A stretch of DNA of 64,000 bases from Orbicella franksi. Lineage: Eukaryota. This document shows, in pieces, positions 50,191-62,797 of the stretch. The notes beneath the pieces were generated by a model. The model was not told the DNA's origin, ran no database searches, and was given only the letters and a program-made list of their open reading frames with translations. Location of the stretch: contig OZ116708.1 in assembly GCA_964199315.1 (NCBI GenBank), forward strand, positions 7,254,001-7,318,000. The letters run 5' to 3'. The position numbers were made by a program, and so were the translations under genes. How positions within the stretch are numbered: position 1 is the first letter of the stretch; every line of letters starts with the position of its first letter.

Positions 50191-50941
50191 GGAGTAAATG
50201 AGTTTCACTTTTTGGTGGTTTCGGGAAACGGAGGCTTTCGAAAGCACTGACGTCAGTCACATCCCGTGCAAATCAGTGAATCATAGTTATTTTTTTTTCC
50301 TCATAACGTGTCAGCGTTTTTGAGCGTTCTGAGTGTGGACAGTGATAACCCTGCGAAGGCGGTAGTGCGGATGTAAAGTGCGAGTTTAAATCAGTGCTTC
50401 TCATAATAAACACAGCACGATCTAGAAACCTTCTTTTACTTCATATACTTGGTTATATCTTACAGCTCTATCTTACATGGCTAAGGCCATTTTGCAAAGT
50501 AAAAACTGCCATCAAACAAACCTATTATAAAACAAATAAAAGGAACAAGAATGGTTCAGGTCTGGAAAGATTGAAACGAATTACGAACAAAGGGCTTCAA
50601 TCCTGAAACTCAAAATCCGACATAAATCTGGATGGAGGTGATTAAATCTCACTATCAGCTAAATTTTTGGAGATTTCTCAGCTATCGGTTAAAAGTTAAG
50701 CCCGTTTTATTTGTCAGCTGCCAGTAAATTTTGCGGATCCCAGATCTCAGCTGCCAGTTCAATAAAAACGTGTCATCTCTCAGCTGACCATTTTCATCTT
50801 TTCTCAGCTCACGACCCTCACGTCTAATTGTTATTCGTTCGCTCGCACTGCTAGGTGTCTAGTTAATGATTAACAAGGATCTAAACAACAACAATGTTGG
50901 CTGGAGAACTAAAGCGCAAACATGTATTCTCTCTTTTCTAG

Positions 50942-51214
50942 CGCCGAGACATGGCGGATGGGGCCGATGGCAGCCAGTTAGCTGGCAGGAAACCCAGTGC
51001 TCAAATGGATATAAAACCAGATACCGCTATTGCAACGATCCTTCCCCAGCTCACGGTGGGCATGGCTGCAGCGGAAGTAGTAGCAAGCGGATAGACTGCA
51101 ATGAATGTGACTACGGCAACGGAGGATGCGAACATATATGCGTAAACTATGTTGGTAGTCACAGCTGTAGATGCTATCCTGGTTACGAGCTTTACTCGGG
51201 AAAGAGATGCAGAC
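50942..51214 (+). CDS. Exon: TSP1 + calcium-binding EGF
   Basis: GGWGRW..CSNGYKTRYRYCNDPSP; NECDYGNGGCEHICVNYVGSHSCRCYPGY. Confidence 0.9.
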
Positions 51215-54200
51215 GTACGTGATTTCGGCTTTTTTGGGGAAGTGTTGGTTAACAACATTTAGACAGTTAAACGCGCAGTAAATGCTCCTTGATCACATTA
51301 AAATGTATTCCATCATTTAGCTACAAACAGGTGCTACATTAAGGGTGGTTCTCACCAACGCAAAACATTATTATATTTAAGCACCGTTAACTTACAGTCA
51401 TTTTTGTTGACCAAAGACGCATCTTATTACACATCTTATTACGTCGCACGTGTGCTGCCGCCATCGGTAAATTCTCCGCTACCCATTTATACATAGTGCT
51501 GACCCGGATGTTCAATCTAGATCTTGGCGCCCTTACTATTTGTCCACCGCGCCTCCTTCTACGATGCGAAAAGAAACGATCTTTTCAAATTAGTTTGCAC
51601 GTTTTGAAAACAAGGCGTTGATGGTTTTGCTTACGTTTTTTAGGAATCTCTTGTCACACAAGCGATTGGCCGCCGCCAAGTAATGGACAGATATCGTCAC
51701 CTTGTAACAGTAATTCACAGGTGCACTCTGGCACTTATTGCACGGTCACTTGTAATAATGGATATAAATTAGACGGACCTTCAAGCTCTGTTTGTGGCAG
51801 CGACGGCGAGTGGGATCCAAGATCAACTCCAAACTGTCGAGGTAAAAGGAATGTTTTTGGGCAGTTTGGGCTCGGGTTCTTGACAAAAGAAAAGAAATAA
51901 TTACGATGCATGGGACTAAGCAAAGACAAAGCCGCCAGAGACATTGCATTTTCAGTCACATGTGACCAAATGCTTTACTGCCTTGCGCTCTAGGTGAAAT
52001 CAAATATCAGAACTAGAAAAATCATGTTTCCGGTTTGATTGCATACATGCGTCAAATTTCGTTTATGGCTTTCAAAAATGCAACGCAAACCCGAACGCTG
52101 TGATTAAAATTGACTCATCTTCCGATCAGGTCTCGATTCTATGTGCTGAACAAAACGATCGAGGCTTTTGGCGGAAGGATTTAATTAAGATTTTCATGCA
52201 CGACAATTGTGTTTGACAACAGAAGTTTACAATAAGATAACTTAGTCTTAAAGGGCTGCTGATCCGCTTTGGCGAATATTCTATAAAAATTACTTACGGA
52301 TGGTCCTTTTTTCAGTGTTCGAGTGTCAAGCCCTAAGTGCCCCGGACCATGGTCAGATCACTCCTGATATTTGTAAAACAAAACCTCTCCATGGTCAAGT
52401 ATGTTCTTACGAATGTAGCGCAGGCTACGCACGCACTGGGCCTAGTTCGAACACGTGTAACAATGGCTTCTGGACACAAGGAGGATTTCACTGTCAGGGT
52501 AAATCTTTACATCATACGTAGAGCTTTGTTAATTGCAAAGTACTGGTTGATGCTGCATAGTTACGCATAAACAGCACCAGACGAAAGAAAATGCAGTTAG
52601 AGGGTCTGAGTGACTGAGTTATTGAGTGACAGAGCTTCTGGGCGACTAAGCGACTAAGCGACTGAGTGACTGAGTGACTGAGCGGCTGAGCGGCTGAGCG
52701 GCTGAGCGGCTGAGCGGCTGAGCGGCTGAGCGGCTGAGCGGCTGAGCGGCTGAGCGGCTGAGCGGCTGAGCGGCTGAGCGGCTGAGCGGCTGAGCGGCTG
52801 AGTGGCTGAGTGGCTGAGCGGCTGAGCGGCTGAGTGGCTGAGTGGCTGAGTGGCTGAGTGGCTGAGTGGCTGAGTGGCTGAGTGGCTGAGTGGCTGAGTG
52901 GCTGAGTGGCTGAATGGCTGAGTGGCTGAATGGCTGAGTGGCTGAGTGACTGATCATGAGTGACTGATCATGAGTGACTGATCATGAGTGACTGATCATG
53001 AGTGACTGATCATGAGTGACTGATCATGAGAGACTGATCATGAGAGACTGAGTGACTGAGTGACTGAATGCCTTGCTATATCTATATGCGTCAATAGCTG
53101 CAAGTCAGGTAACATGCAATTAAATCCAATATTGTTTTTTTCTGTTTAAAGACAATGAATCACCTTCATTTGGCGAAACCTGTCCATCTGCACAAAGTGT
53201 TTTCGCGGATGAAGGAAAATCTTCAGCCACAGTGAGCTGGGGACCAGTTACAGCTACAGATAACGATCAAGCTAGCGTTACTGTGTCCCCTCAAGTGACG
53301 TCACCACACGTTTTTTCTGAGGGAAGCCATACCGTGGTCTACATTGCTACAGATCCGTCGGGAAACACGAAACTCTGCTACTTTCGAATTACTGTTCAAG
53401 GTAAGAATGTTTTGGCGTATATGAAAACAACAACAACAACAACAACAATTAATCAACCAATCAAGGCATGCATGCTAATAATCTAATTGTGGGAAAATGG
53501 CTCTCGTTCCTTTGAATTTATTTAAATAAATGAACGGTTTTTTCATGTGAAACATATAGTTGAAAAAAAAAAAAAACGTTAAAAAGAAGAGTTAGCATTA
53601 TATAATTGAGAACAGAAAAAATAATACTGCCTATCAAAAGGTATATCTTAAAATGAAGGCCATTTTAAACAGCGTGGCTCCTTCAGGTTTATCAATAATG
53701 GGACCTGGATCTAAAAAAAATAAGGAATTAAACTTCAAAAGCAAAGTATAATGCTAAAGAAATGATTGTTGTGAAGAGATCAAGTGAACGCGCGGAGAAA
53801 CAATTCAGTTTTTCGTTGAATGAAATAGTCTTCTCAGAGGTGTTAGCATTCTTTGTAGAAACTACCTTTGTTACATTCTATCCGTCAGTATCAACAAATT
53901 TGATTAGGAATAAGTCGTTGTTATTTAATAACTTCTCAAACCCAATGCCCCAGGACGGTTATTTCACCTAATCATATTTCATTTTAGCTCTTCGATGTTC
54001 TGTACTGTTCGCACCTGCAAACGGCAGACTGGAGAATGCGGCCTGTGGAAATGTCTATGGAAGCTTATGCCGACTGGCATGCTACAAGGGGTATGAATTG
54101 AAAGGATCTGTTGAGAGAAAGTGCGACAAGATAGCAGGGACAAATGTGGCCCAATGGACAGGAAATACAACTTCCTGTGAAAGTAAGTATGGGCATGTTT

Positions 54201-54333
54201 TGTCCATTCCTTCATAATGTGTGGTAAACTAAGAAACATTCTTGACAAGATGGCTTGCATGGAACCATACTTTCTTTGATCATGCCAAAGAAGCTCTAGT
54301 TGAAATTCTTTTTTTTTTCCTATTGTTTTGCAA

Positions 54334-54365
<32 letters not shown>

Positions 54366-57300
54366 AACAGATTTGAAGGAGTCTTGCTCCCCCCTGGATG
54401 AGATGCTAGTCTATCGCAGCTTTCTCCTCGGCATTCAGACAGGAATTTGCCCTGTCGTGGTTTCTCTCCATCAGTACCTCTAGTGCTTTCGAACTAATCG
54501 TTTGCTATTTATGTCTTAGCTATCCACTGTCCATCTCTAAACACTCCTGATCACGCCATTCAGTCCGGGTACGGCTGCGGTGGTCCAAGCTCTAGCTACA
54601 GCACATCCTGCTATTTCAGTTGTATGTTGGGATACGAGGCTGTAGGAGGATCACAGAAAAGAACTTGTCTGGAAACTGGACAGTGGAGTGGAACCGAACT
54701 TCAGTGCCAAGGTAAGGAAATGATATCCACGTTTATGGGAAACGGGATTGCTGTTTGTCGTCGATGTAGATTAAGAAAAAAAAATCTAAACGCAGGTAAA
54801 TACAGTTTCGAAAAGAGAAAAACAAAGTGTTTTTTAACCTGTGTGAAGTAAATGACCTCCTCCCTATCTTTAATCTTCTGCGCCGGTTTTTTTAAAGACC
54901 CAGTTAACACAAACTCAGAGTTAAAAATTAACTTAAGTATTATTTTTTTCTTGTATGTTTTCTACTTCCTTTGTTTTGTTTAGTTTGAGATTACCCCATC
55001 TCAAAACTAAAGGCCAAACGATATAAGAAGAAAACTTCACCGAAATGTTGCAAAACCATTGACATCAAAATTTAGGTCAATCCTGGATTAGCTTAATCGG
55101 GCTTTGAACATCTCCGAACACAAGGTTAAGGCCCTAGTGTTGTCTCGGCAGGCAACTCTACTGGGCAGAATTATCTATCAAGACCTATTCACAAATTTTA
55201 GTTTTTTGTTTTTTGTTTTTTGTTTTTAATAAAAATGACTTTAGATTTCTTGTCTCGTTATAAATTGTCACCAGGCTTAAAGCTTAGGTTGCGCTAAATG
55301 ACGTAAGAAATGATCCATCAATAATGTTGTGTTGCCTTGCAGCGATCACCTGTCCTTCAATTACTATTACGTCGAAAGGACTGGACATCACCCCCTCATT
55401 CTGCACCAATGCAAGCGCTGTCATTCATTACGCAACAGATTGCCGGTTCACCTGCAGGAGCGGATATCAACACCATGGGCCTGGGCTTAAGACTTGTAAC
55501 CAGCAGAAGACCTGGTCTCCATTAGGGAATCCATGGTGCAAGGGTGAGTTGGTAACTTTACGAAACTCAGCTTACGACATGGTAACACCTATTGTGAATC
55601 GTCATGTTTCAAATATAGATTTTTACCAAGCTAACTATGAAACCTTTAATATTAGAGAAGTGCAATAGGACAAGTAGCGCTTAAATGAAATGTGGTTTAA
55701 ATTGAAAACAGAGCAGATTAAAGAAAAATAACATTGTAGATGTTGTCGTTGTTGTTCTTAACGATGGTAACGATGATGGTAAGGGGGAATATGAGGAAGA
55801 TGATGAGGAAAAGTAGTAGTAGCAGGAGCAGCAGGAGGAGCAGGAGAAATATCAAAGAGAGGGAGGTGGGGAGAATGTGATGATAAGTCTTTTGCTGCTG
55901 TCTATGATGCTGTTTGGCTTTGTTAGTCTCTTCGTATAACAGTCGAGGTTCAACAATGACTTGTGTATAGTTTCGTCTTCTTGTTGTAAAGGATATATTC
56001 TTTTCGTTTATAGATGTCTCGGCACCAGTATTTTCAAACTGCCCATCAAATATTGTAGCCACCGCTGACAGAGGTACAACGTCGACACAGGTCACTTGGT
56101 CTCATCCTTCAGCTACAGACAACTCCGGCCTCATTCCCAACATAACACGCTATGGGAAACTACCTGGGGACTTATTTCCTGCTGGAGAACACAACATCCG
56201 GTACTTGGCTTTAGACAAAACAGGGAACGTTGCCGAATGCAAATTTAAAGTCTTCGTTTCAGGTAATTTGCATATGTCCCGCGCGGGAATATTTGTTTGC
56301 AGCATTTGCCTCATCAGAATAAGCGCTTGTGATCGAGCTCTGAAAAATATCAGCTCTGATTGAAAGAACATGCATGGATAAAAGATTTTTCCTCTTCTAC
56401 TATGCATGGAGCATGACATTATGCGTGCGTAGAGTTAAAAAAAGTCAAAATTTTACAACGATTATTTAGGCACACTAAGGGCTTTTTGCACTAACATATC
56501 TCGAAGGTTTTTTTCTTTTTTTTTTTCTCTTTTTTTTAATCATTTTAGTATATACCTCATAAGTGAATAGTACCTATCACATGTTCGATCTGATTGGTTA
56601 ACTCGGGGTTGACTAAAATTTTCCGACCATTTGTCGGTTTGTTGTTAGAACTAAGACACTTTTTTGGTCCATTAGTTACGTCATAGCCTGTCTGTTTCCG
56701 TAAGGGCGGCTGTGATCATGACACAGGCTAGTTACCTCAGTGTCCGTGAAAGTGGTTGCGCACTATTCACCTCCGCTTCAGTGAATAAGTGTTATTTAGT
56801 ATGAGCGCACTCAGTGATCTTGGTGTTTCAAGCAATCTGATTGGTTCGCTATCTCGGGCTAATGAGTATTATTCACTTCCTAAAGAATACCTGTTAAATA
56901 TGCCATGCAAAGCACGAAATCGATTCAATGTTCATCGTTCGTCATCCTCGTTTGCTAACATCCTTTAATAGATTGACAAATAGTACGTCCATGCACTCGG
57001 AAGAAATCACAATTTTGTACTACTGTTACCTTTTTAAGTGGTCCGCTGCCTGCCAAAGTTGTATTCTCCAGCTGGAGGTTCCTTACAGTGTACCAAAGAC
57101 AATCAGTACGGATCTGAATGCTCCTTCTTTTGTCAGGATGGCCACACCATGAGAGGCTCTGACCGCAGAGTCTGCGAGAAAGATTCAGTTACGTCCGTGG
57201 GTGTCTAGACGGGAAATGAGACGAAATGTGAACGTATGTAAAAAAACAATATTTAAGTTCATGTCAGAGCCCCCACCCCCCCCCCCGCCACACCTAGAAA

Positions 57301-60300
57301 AAGAAACAACAACAACGACAACGAAACTAACAAACAAACAAACATACATAAGGTTTTCAATTTTCAGATTTACCTTATTTGCTCTTCTTACAGCCTCCGC
57401 CTAAAATCAATAGACCTTCAAAGCAATAATGAAACATTTCCACGCAAGTTAATCTTTGCCTATTTATATTTCTTTTGCCAGGTAACTTTCATTCCCAGTA
57501 AGCTGGAAGTAAAAATCGCCTTTAATTTGATGGCAGGGAAAAGGAAAGCACCATGAAAATGGTTAATAGCCTTTTGCAATCGTACAGGAAACTTCTGCAC
57601 AAGTGGTTCATATTTTCTGAAAACCTTTATAGACAGAATTCTGACTGTATAAAAAAAAAAAGTGCTTCGTCGATGTTTAAAAGTCGATCTTTCTAGCTCG
57701 TAAGTCCACCAAGTGCACAAAGTAATAAGTCACGTTAATTTATCTTTCCTTAGTGGTGAAGTGTGCTCGACTCTTCCCCCCTCCTCACAGCATACAGTCT
57801 GGCTGCGGAGGCGGTTCCTTGTTCAACGTTTTTGGTGACAAATGCCTTTTATACTGCGCCCGTGGCTACCACCGGGTTAACGGCTCGACTGAGAGGGTCT
57901 GTCTAGCAAATGGCACATGGTCTGGTGAAGAACCGTACTGTCAAGGTAAGGGAAGCAGCAAAAAAGAGGAATAGTTGCGACAAGCTTTTACAAAACACAT
58001 TTACGCCGATACGCAGAAGGCGAAACTTTATTGATCCTATAAAATCGGTATTCCAAGTCTGAAAATGTGGTTAGGATTAGCACGCAACCCTTTCTTTTTT
58101 GTTCAATCTAAGCAGCTAGGTATAGAGGAGAAAAGAGAGATGAGAAGAGAGATATATGTGTGAACTATTTTAGGGTCGATTTGTTAAAAGTTTATAGTTT
58201 CAGAGAAGTAAACAAATAACTTTTTGTCCGCAAACGTTTGATGAGGAATTCTCATGTCAGCACAAAATTCCTAAAACATTTACTGAATAAGATTTTACTT
58301 GTTTTATTTTTTTGGTACAGTTGTCCGCTGTAAGGTCCTTCTACCTCCAACGGATGGTCAGGTGACACCACACTCCTGCACGACTTCTCCTGAATACGAT
58401 ACTACATGCCACTTTTCTTGTCCCAAAGGCTACAGGCTGCATGGAGAACCAATAGCGACATGCCTTAGCGACGGTCAGTGGTCGAAAAACACCACTTCTG
58501 TTTGCAAAGGTTGGTTTATCTTCCAAGAAGTTAATTTTTTCTGTGTCTTCGTATTACGGCCTGGTGTGGGGCAGAAAAAAAGACCTTGAAATTGTTTTAT
58601 TCCGTGAGCTTTTGGGAGGCAGCATGGCCGATTAGTCTAGGGCGTCGGATTTGAAATCTGAAGGTCCCTGGTTCAAACCTCACCTTACCGTTATCTGGAT
58701 TTGCTGTTCGTAGTCTCGAGTTCAAGCGCTTGACTGACTTTCGTAAATAGCTAACTGGTCAGCCTCCCACCAAGTGAGATTATTAATTATTTATGTTCTA
58801 TTTGCAAGCTGTGTTTGTTTATTTGCGGAGTCCTCAATTAGCACAACAGTGTTAAATATATTTTAGAATTAAATAAAATTAATCATTGGTTGATTGATTG
58901 ATTGATTGATTTTTATTTATTTATTTTAAAACCGACCGAGTGTTCTTCATCTGTGATATTGCTCGTTCAAGCTGTTGACTTCATTAATTATTCTACTGTT
59001 AATTGATATATTTAAATACTTGCAGACGTGGAAAGACCCTCCTTTGGCGTTACTTGCCCCAGTGATATCAAACGTTACGCAGACAGGGCTAACAACTATA
59101 CCACAGTAAACTGGACACCAGTGGTTGCCACTGATAACTCTGGCGTGGTAACGGGTGTGACCGAATATGGTGTGCCAACCGTAAATAGATTCTACCAAGG
59201 ACGACACCGGATCACTTACAACGCCAGCGACGCAGCAGGGAATTACAAACTCTGCACGTTTTTCGTGACAGTCGAGGGTAAGCCATTTGCGAACGGCACT
59301 GAAAGTGCAGATTAGGTATCCTGTAAAGCAATGGCAATTGCGTATTGTTAACAAACCTCAGCATCAAATACGAAAGGCCTTTTTAAGACAGTCTCTATAG
59401 ACATAGCTGACAACTCAACAGTTGTTTAAATTGAGCGCTAATTTGCAGGTCCTGCCTCTTGTAACTTTAAAAAAAAAAGATAACTGTTTTTGGCAACGTT
59501 CATTTGCAACAAATTGGTCACATAATGGTTTGAATGCATTTTTCTGTAAAAAAAAAAAAAAAAAAAAAAAAAAACGTGTGGTTACAATTTAATATTACGT
59601 GTCAAAATTGTGCGACATATAGACATTTAATGAATATTGATTATTTTTATTACTGTGATTATTGTATGCGCTTTCTAAGTTAGCCAGTGAATACAAAATT
59701 GATGACCGTTGCTGAATAATCGTTCTAACATGTCATATTTTCCGTTCGTCTATAGTTTTACGATGCCAAACGTTGTTTCCTCCACTGAACGGCTTTGTAG
59801 AGGGAGAATGTGATAACACCTACGGCTCCACATGTAAAATGACGTGCAACGATGGGTACAACTTGCTCGGGTCTGACATTCTTACCTGCCTTAAGAAACC
59901 GGGCCATATTACAGGATACTGGGACGAACCAGTACCAGTCTGTAAAAGTAAGTGGCAAATATGTTTGTTAACCATCATGTCACGCTGCTAGTATGCACAC
60001 CCATTTGGCTTTGTATTCATTTTGAGAAAGAAAAGTTATTCAAGTTTATCAGTTATATAGGCCCTGGTCAATAACGGTGCACGATAGTTGACGATATTTG
60101 ATAGCATCCTAACTATTATCGACTATCATAACGTGGTGAAACGGGAAAAAAAAAAACTATCATTGACTATCAAGAAGAGTCTGAACAAGCTCAACGTAAA
60201 TGATAGTTGATGATAGTCGGAGGTAGGGTGCGGGAGTAAGTAGTCAAACGAAAGCGCGCGGTACAGCTATCATCAACTATCATCGTCTTCATTACCAGTG

Positions 60301-62797
60301 CTTGAAAATTCAGAGTATTCCTAGTTTCTTACTATCTGAGGACGTTTCTATATATTGCAAATACTGATTTTATTCTTGGGGAAAAAGCCTCCTTAATGTG
60401 TCTATATAGAGTCTAAATATAAGGCTGCAAAAGATCTTTAAAGGGTCAAATAGTAGCGTATACTAGGCGTTTTAGGCTTAACACTTCTCCGGTATGTGAA
60501 AAGACTTGGTTCCATCTATATCATAACGTGTATATCATTAAGCTCTATAAGTCTATAACATTAACCTATTCATATAGTTTTCGTGTACATTGTTGTAATT
60601 AGAATAGAACCACTAACATGGCTATTGTTAAAAACTAAAGACACGACACGGCTATTTACATTTAGCTATTTTCTCTATTGATTTTTTTTTTTTCAGTACG
60701 GTCATGTTCTTCCCTAAATGCACCTCGGTATGGTTTTATTTATCCGCACATGTGTACGTCTTTCCCAGTCAGCGGAACCATCTGCTATTTCGAATGCAGA
60801 CATGGTTTCCTTGGAAACGGTGGAACTACTGAGATTCTTTGTGGGAATGATGGAAAGTGGAGCAAAAATGAATCGTCAATTTTGCAATGCCTTGGTAAGG
60901 GCTTTGGAAAACACATGCCCCAAGATATGTTGTATATGCCATATAACTTAAAGTATTAATCGGGATACGATGTATAATTATCATTCTTAAATATCGTTTG
61001 TAACTGCAACTAGGTGGAGATTCATCGTATCATCTCGCCCAGGTGTAAATACATTTAGATTTTGTAACGTGTCTCTTCGGCCTCAGTAAGCTTCGTTAGA
61101 ATGGTAACAACCGCCAACATGGCCAGATACACAAACAGCTTCAAGTTGTTTACAACGACAGTCTTCTCTAAAAACTAGATCATCTCAACCATTGAAATTC
61201 GGTCCAGCTCTAGACATCCTGTAGACACATATAAGTATAGTATCTATAGAAAAGAACTAGCAATGACTGTAACAGTCTTCCATCTGATTACTTATCGGAC
61301 GACTCCTCCACAAAATTTGAGGCCTCTATCTCTGAACACGTTTATTTGTTGTAATTGTTTGAGCTTTCCCTATTTATTTTTGTGTTTATATTTTGTCTTG
61401 TTTAATCTTGCACTCACGTCACTATAATTGACTTTGCAAGAATCAAATGTAAATATAATTGTTTGGTTCGCTAGTACCTACTCGATTCTTGTGCAGTGTG
61501 ATTATACGTATTTTGTTGTAAATGTGAAGTAGTATTATTTTAGTTATACCTGTATGGCTGTGTGGGAAGTCTATAAGAATACGTTTATCATCAGCAATAC
61601 TTTATGACACTTTCCATTGGTGAAATGACCATTTATATCTAATCAAATATCTTTTTTTTTCTTTGAAATTTTGTGCAATTTCGTATGTCCATAAGAACTA
61701 GTAAAAGTTCATTGTATTATCCAGAAGCACGAATGAATGAGTGGCTTGACGTAAAAAAAAAAAAAAAAAGTGTCGCTCTCCCAAATTTTCAGGAGTATTT
61801 CTAGAGAAAAACTCCACGGGTCGAAAATGTTCCCCCATTTATTTAAAGACAGAAATGCGGCGTTTAGCCCATCAGAGTGCTTGCATTTCAACACGCGAAG
61901 ATAACGCGTTAAGTGTTTAGGAAGAGCTTACGGCTCTTTGGATTTCGTTTCCCATAATATGCCTTATGTTGGTATATTCGTATAGATGTTACTGCACCAG
62001 TGTTCATGAGGTGTCCTTCAGATATTCGTGCAAACATCAATGCAAATTCTACAGCATTGGTTAACTGGACCCTACCCGTCGCGCTGGACAACAGCAATCT
62101 AGCTCCACAATTGACGGTATTTCCACCAGGGATTAGCCCCCCACAGATCTTTAACGGAACTGCTTTAGTTGTGTACACTGCTAGGGATGCAAGTGGGAAC
62201 AAGAAAGAGTGCTCGTTTAGAATTATATTAGAAGGTCAGTCTTAATTAGATGTTATTAAGTGTATCGTGGATTATGTCAAATTGAGTATCCAGCCCCTGT
62301 TCAATCTTGCGAAATTACGTGGTGTCATCGTGTCCTCCTCTCTGTCTTGATAACAGGGTCTGAAATTTTAGTGCTGCAATATACTGTGTCCTCTGCCACC
62401 CACCATGCCTCGGTCCACAAGAGAAGACTCACCACCCTTTCTCCTTCTCCACGGTCATTGAGTGATTTGACATTGACAAATTTTGGCAGGTAGGACGACC
62501 TCAATCCAATAGCATATATTGACACAAGTCCTTCATTTATTTTCGTCGCAGACAATTTAGGTCCCCAGGTGGTATATTGTCCCCCAGACCAAAACATCAC
62601 CGCTACGAAGACGAGAACAAGAGTAACGTGGAATGACCCTCAGTTTAAAGACAACAGCAACAGTCCATTGGTGATAACATGCAGTCATCAAAGTGGAACT
62701 GAGTTCTACTGGGGGACCTGGAATATACATTGTACAGCCTATGATAATAATCCCAACAACAAGCCTGCTGTTTGCCAGTTTTCACTAACAGTTAAAC
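50942..62797 (+). CDS. Multi-exon extracellular protein, SVEP1/hyalin-like: TSP1-EGF-CCP2-HYR-CCP3-HYR-CCP3-HYR-CCP2-HYR2 (partial at both ends)
   Basis: 16 GT-AG-bounded phase-1 exons splice into one frame; the only lesion is TAG at 57206. Confidence 0.88.
51644..51841 (+). CDS. Exon: CCP/sushi 1
   Basis: ISC..PPPSNG..C..CNNGY..C..GEW..C; ttAG/GTaaaa. Confidence 0.88.
52316..52498 (+). CDS. Exon: CCP/sushi 2
   Basis: ECQALSAPDHG..CSYECSAGY..C..GFW..C. Confidence 0.88.
52640..53065. repeat. Intronic octamer tandem repeat (GCGGCTGA/GTGGCTGA)n grading into a 14-mer
   Basis: Directly visible. Confidence 0.95.
53152..53400 (+). CDS. Exon: HYR 1
   Basis: DNESPSF..CP..VSW..ATDN..F.EG.H.V.Y.ATDPSGN..C.F.ITVQ. 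Confidence 0.9.
53988..54182 (+). CDS. Exon: CCP/sushi 3
   Basis: LRC..APANG..CGNVYGSLCRLACYKGYEL.G..RKC..WTG..CE. Confidence 0.88.
54520..54711 (+). CDS. Exon: CCP/sushi 4
   Basis: IHCPSL..CYFSCMLGY..RTCLETGQWSG..C. Confidence 0.88.
55343..55543 (+). CDS. Exon: CCP/sushi 5
   Basis: ITCP..CRFTCRSGY..KTC..TWS..C; gcAG/GTgagt. Confidence 0.88.
56014..56262 (+). CDS. Exon: HYR 2
   Basis: DVSAPVFSNCPSNI..VTW..ATDNSG..FP.G.H..Y.A.D..GN..C.F.V. Confidence 0.9.
57039..57233 (+). CDS. Exon: CCP/sushi 6 with premature TAG (57206-57208) at the conserved Trp
   Basis: VRC..C..YGSECSFFCQDG..RVCE..GV*TGNETKCE. Confidence 0.8.
57754..57945 (+). CDS. Exon: CCP/sushi 7
   Basis: VKC..FGDKCLLYCARGY..RVCLANGTWSG..C. 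Confidence 0.88.
58321..58509 (+). CDS. Exon: CCP/sushi 8
   Basis: VRC..PPTDG..CHFSCPKGYRL.G..TCLSDGQWS..C. Confidence 0.88.
58614..58885 (+). mobile_element. tRNA-derived SINE, second family
   Basis: gggaggcagcatggccgattag A-box-like head, ggttcaaacc B box, simple-repeat tail; related fragment at ~43040-43140. Confidence 0.7.
59026..59277 (+). CDS. Exon: HYR 3
   Basis: DVERPSF..CPSDI..VNW..ATDNSG..F..G.H..Y.ASDAAGN..C.F.VTVE. Confidence 0.9.
59756..59947 (+). CDS. Exon: CCP/sushi 9
   Basis: LRC..PPLNG..CDNTYGSTCKMTCNDGY..TC..GYW..C. Confidence 0.88.
60058..60295. mobile_element. Probable MITE with gatagttga/ctatca internal inverted motifs
   Basis: Starts ggccctggtcaa; multiple gatagttgatgatagt / atcatcaactatcat motifs. 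Confidence 0.4.
60697..60894 (+). CDS. Exon: CCP/sushi 10
   Basis: RSC..APRYG..C..GTICYFECRHGF..C..DGKWS..C. Confidence 0.88.
61986..62234 (+). CDS. Exon: HYR 4
   Basis: DVTAPVF..CPSDI..VNW..A.DNS..Y.ARDASGN..C.F.I. Confidence 0.9.
62552..62797 (+). CDS. Exon: HYR 5
   Basis: DNLGP..CPPD..VTW..F.DNS..C...SG..F..G..CTAYD..C.F.LTV. Confidence 0.88.

Noticed and set aside
50942-62797. Assigning the gene symbol SVEP1
   Set aside because: No VWA or pentraxin domain in view and the HYR/CCP order differs; only family-level similarity is supported.
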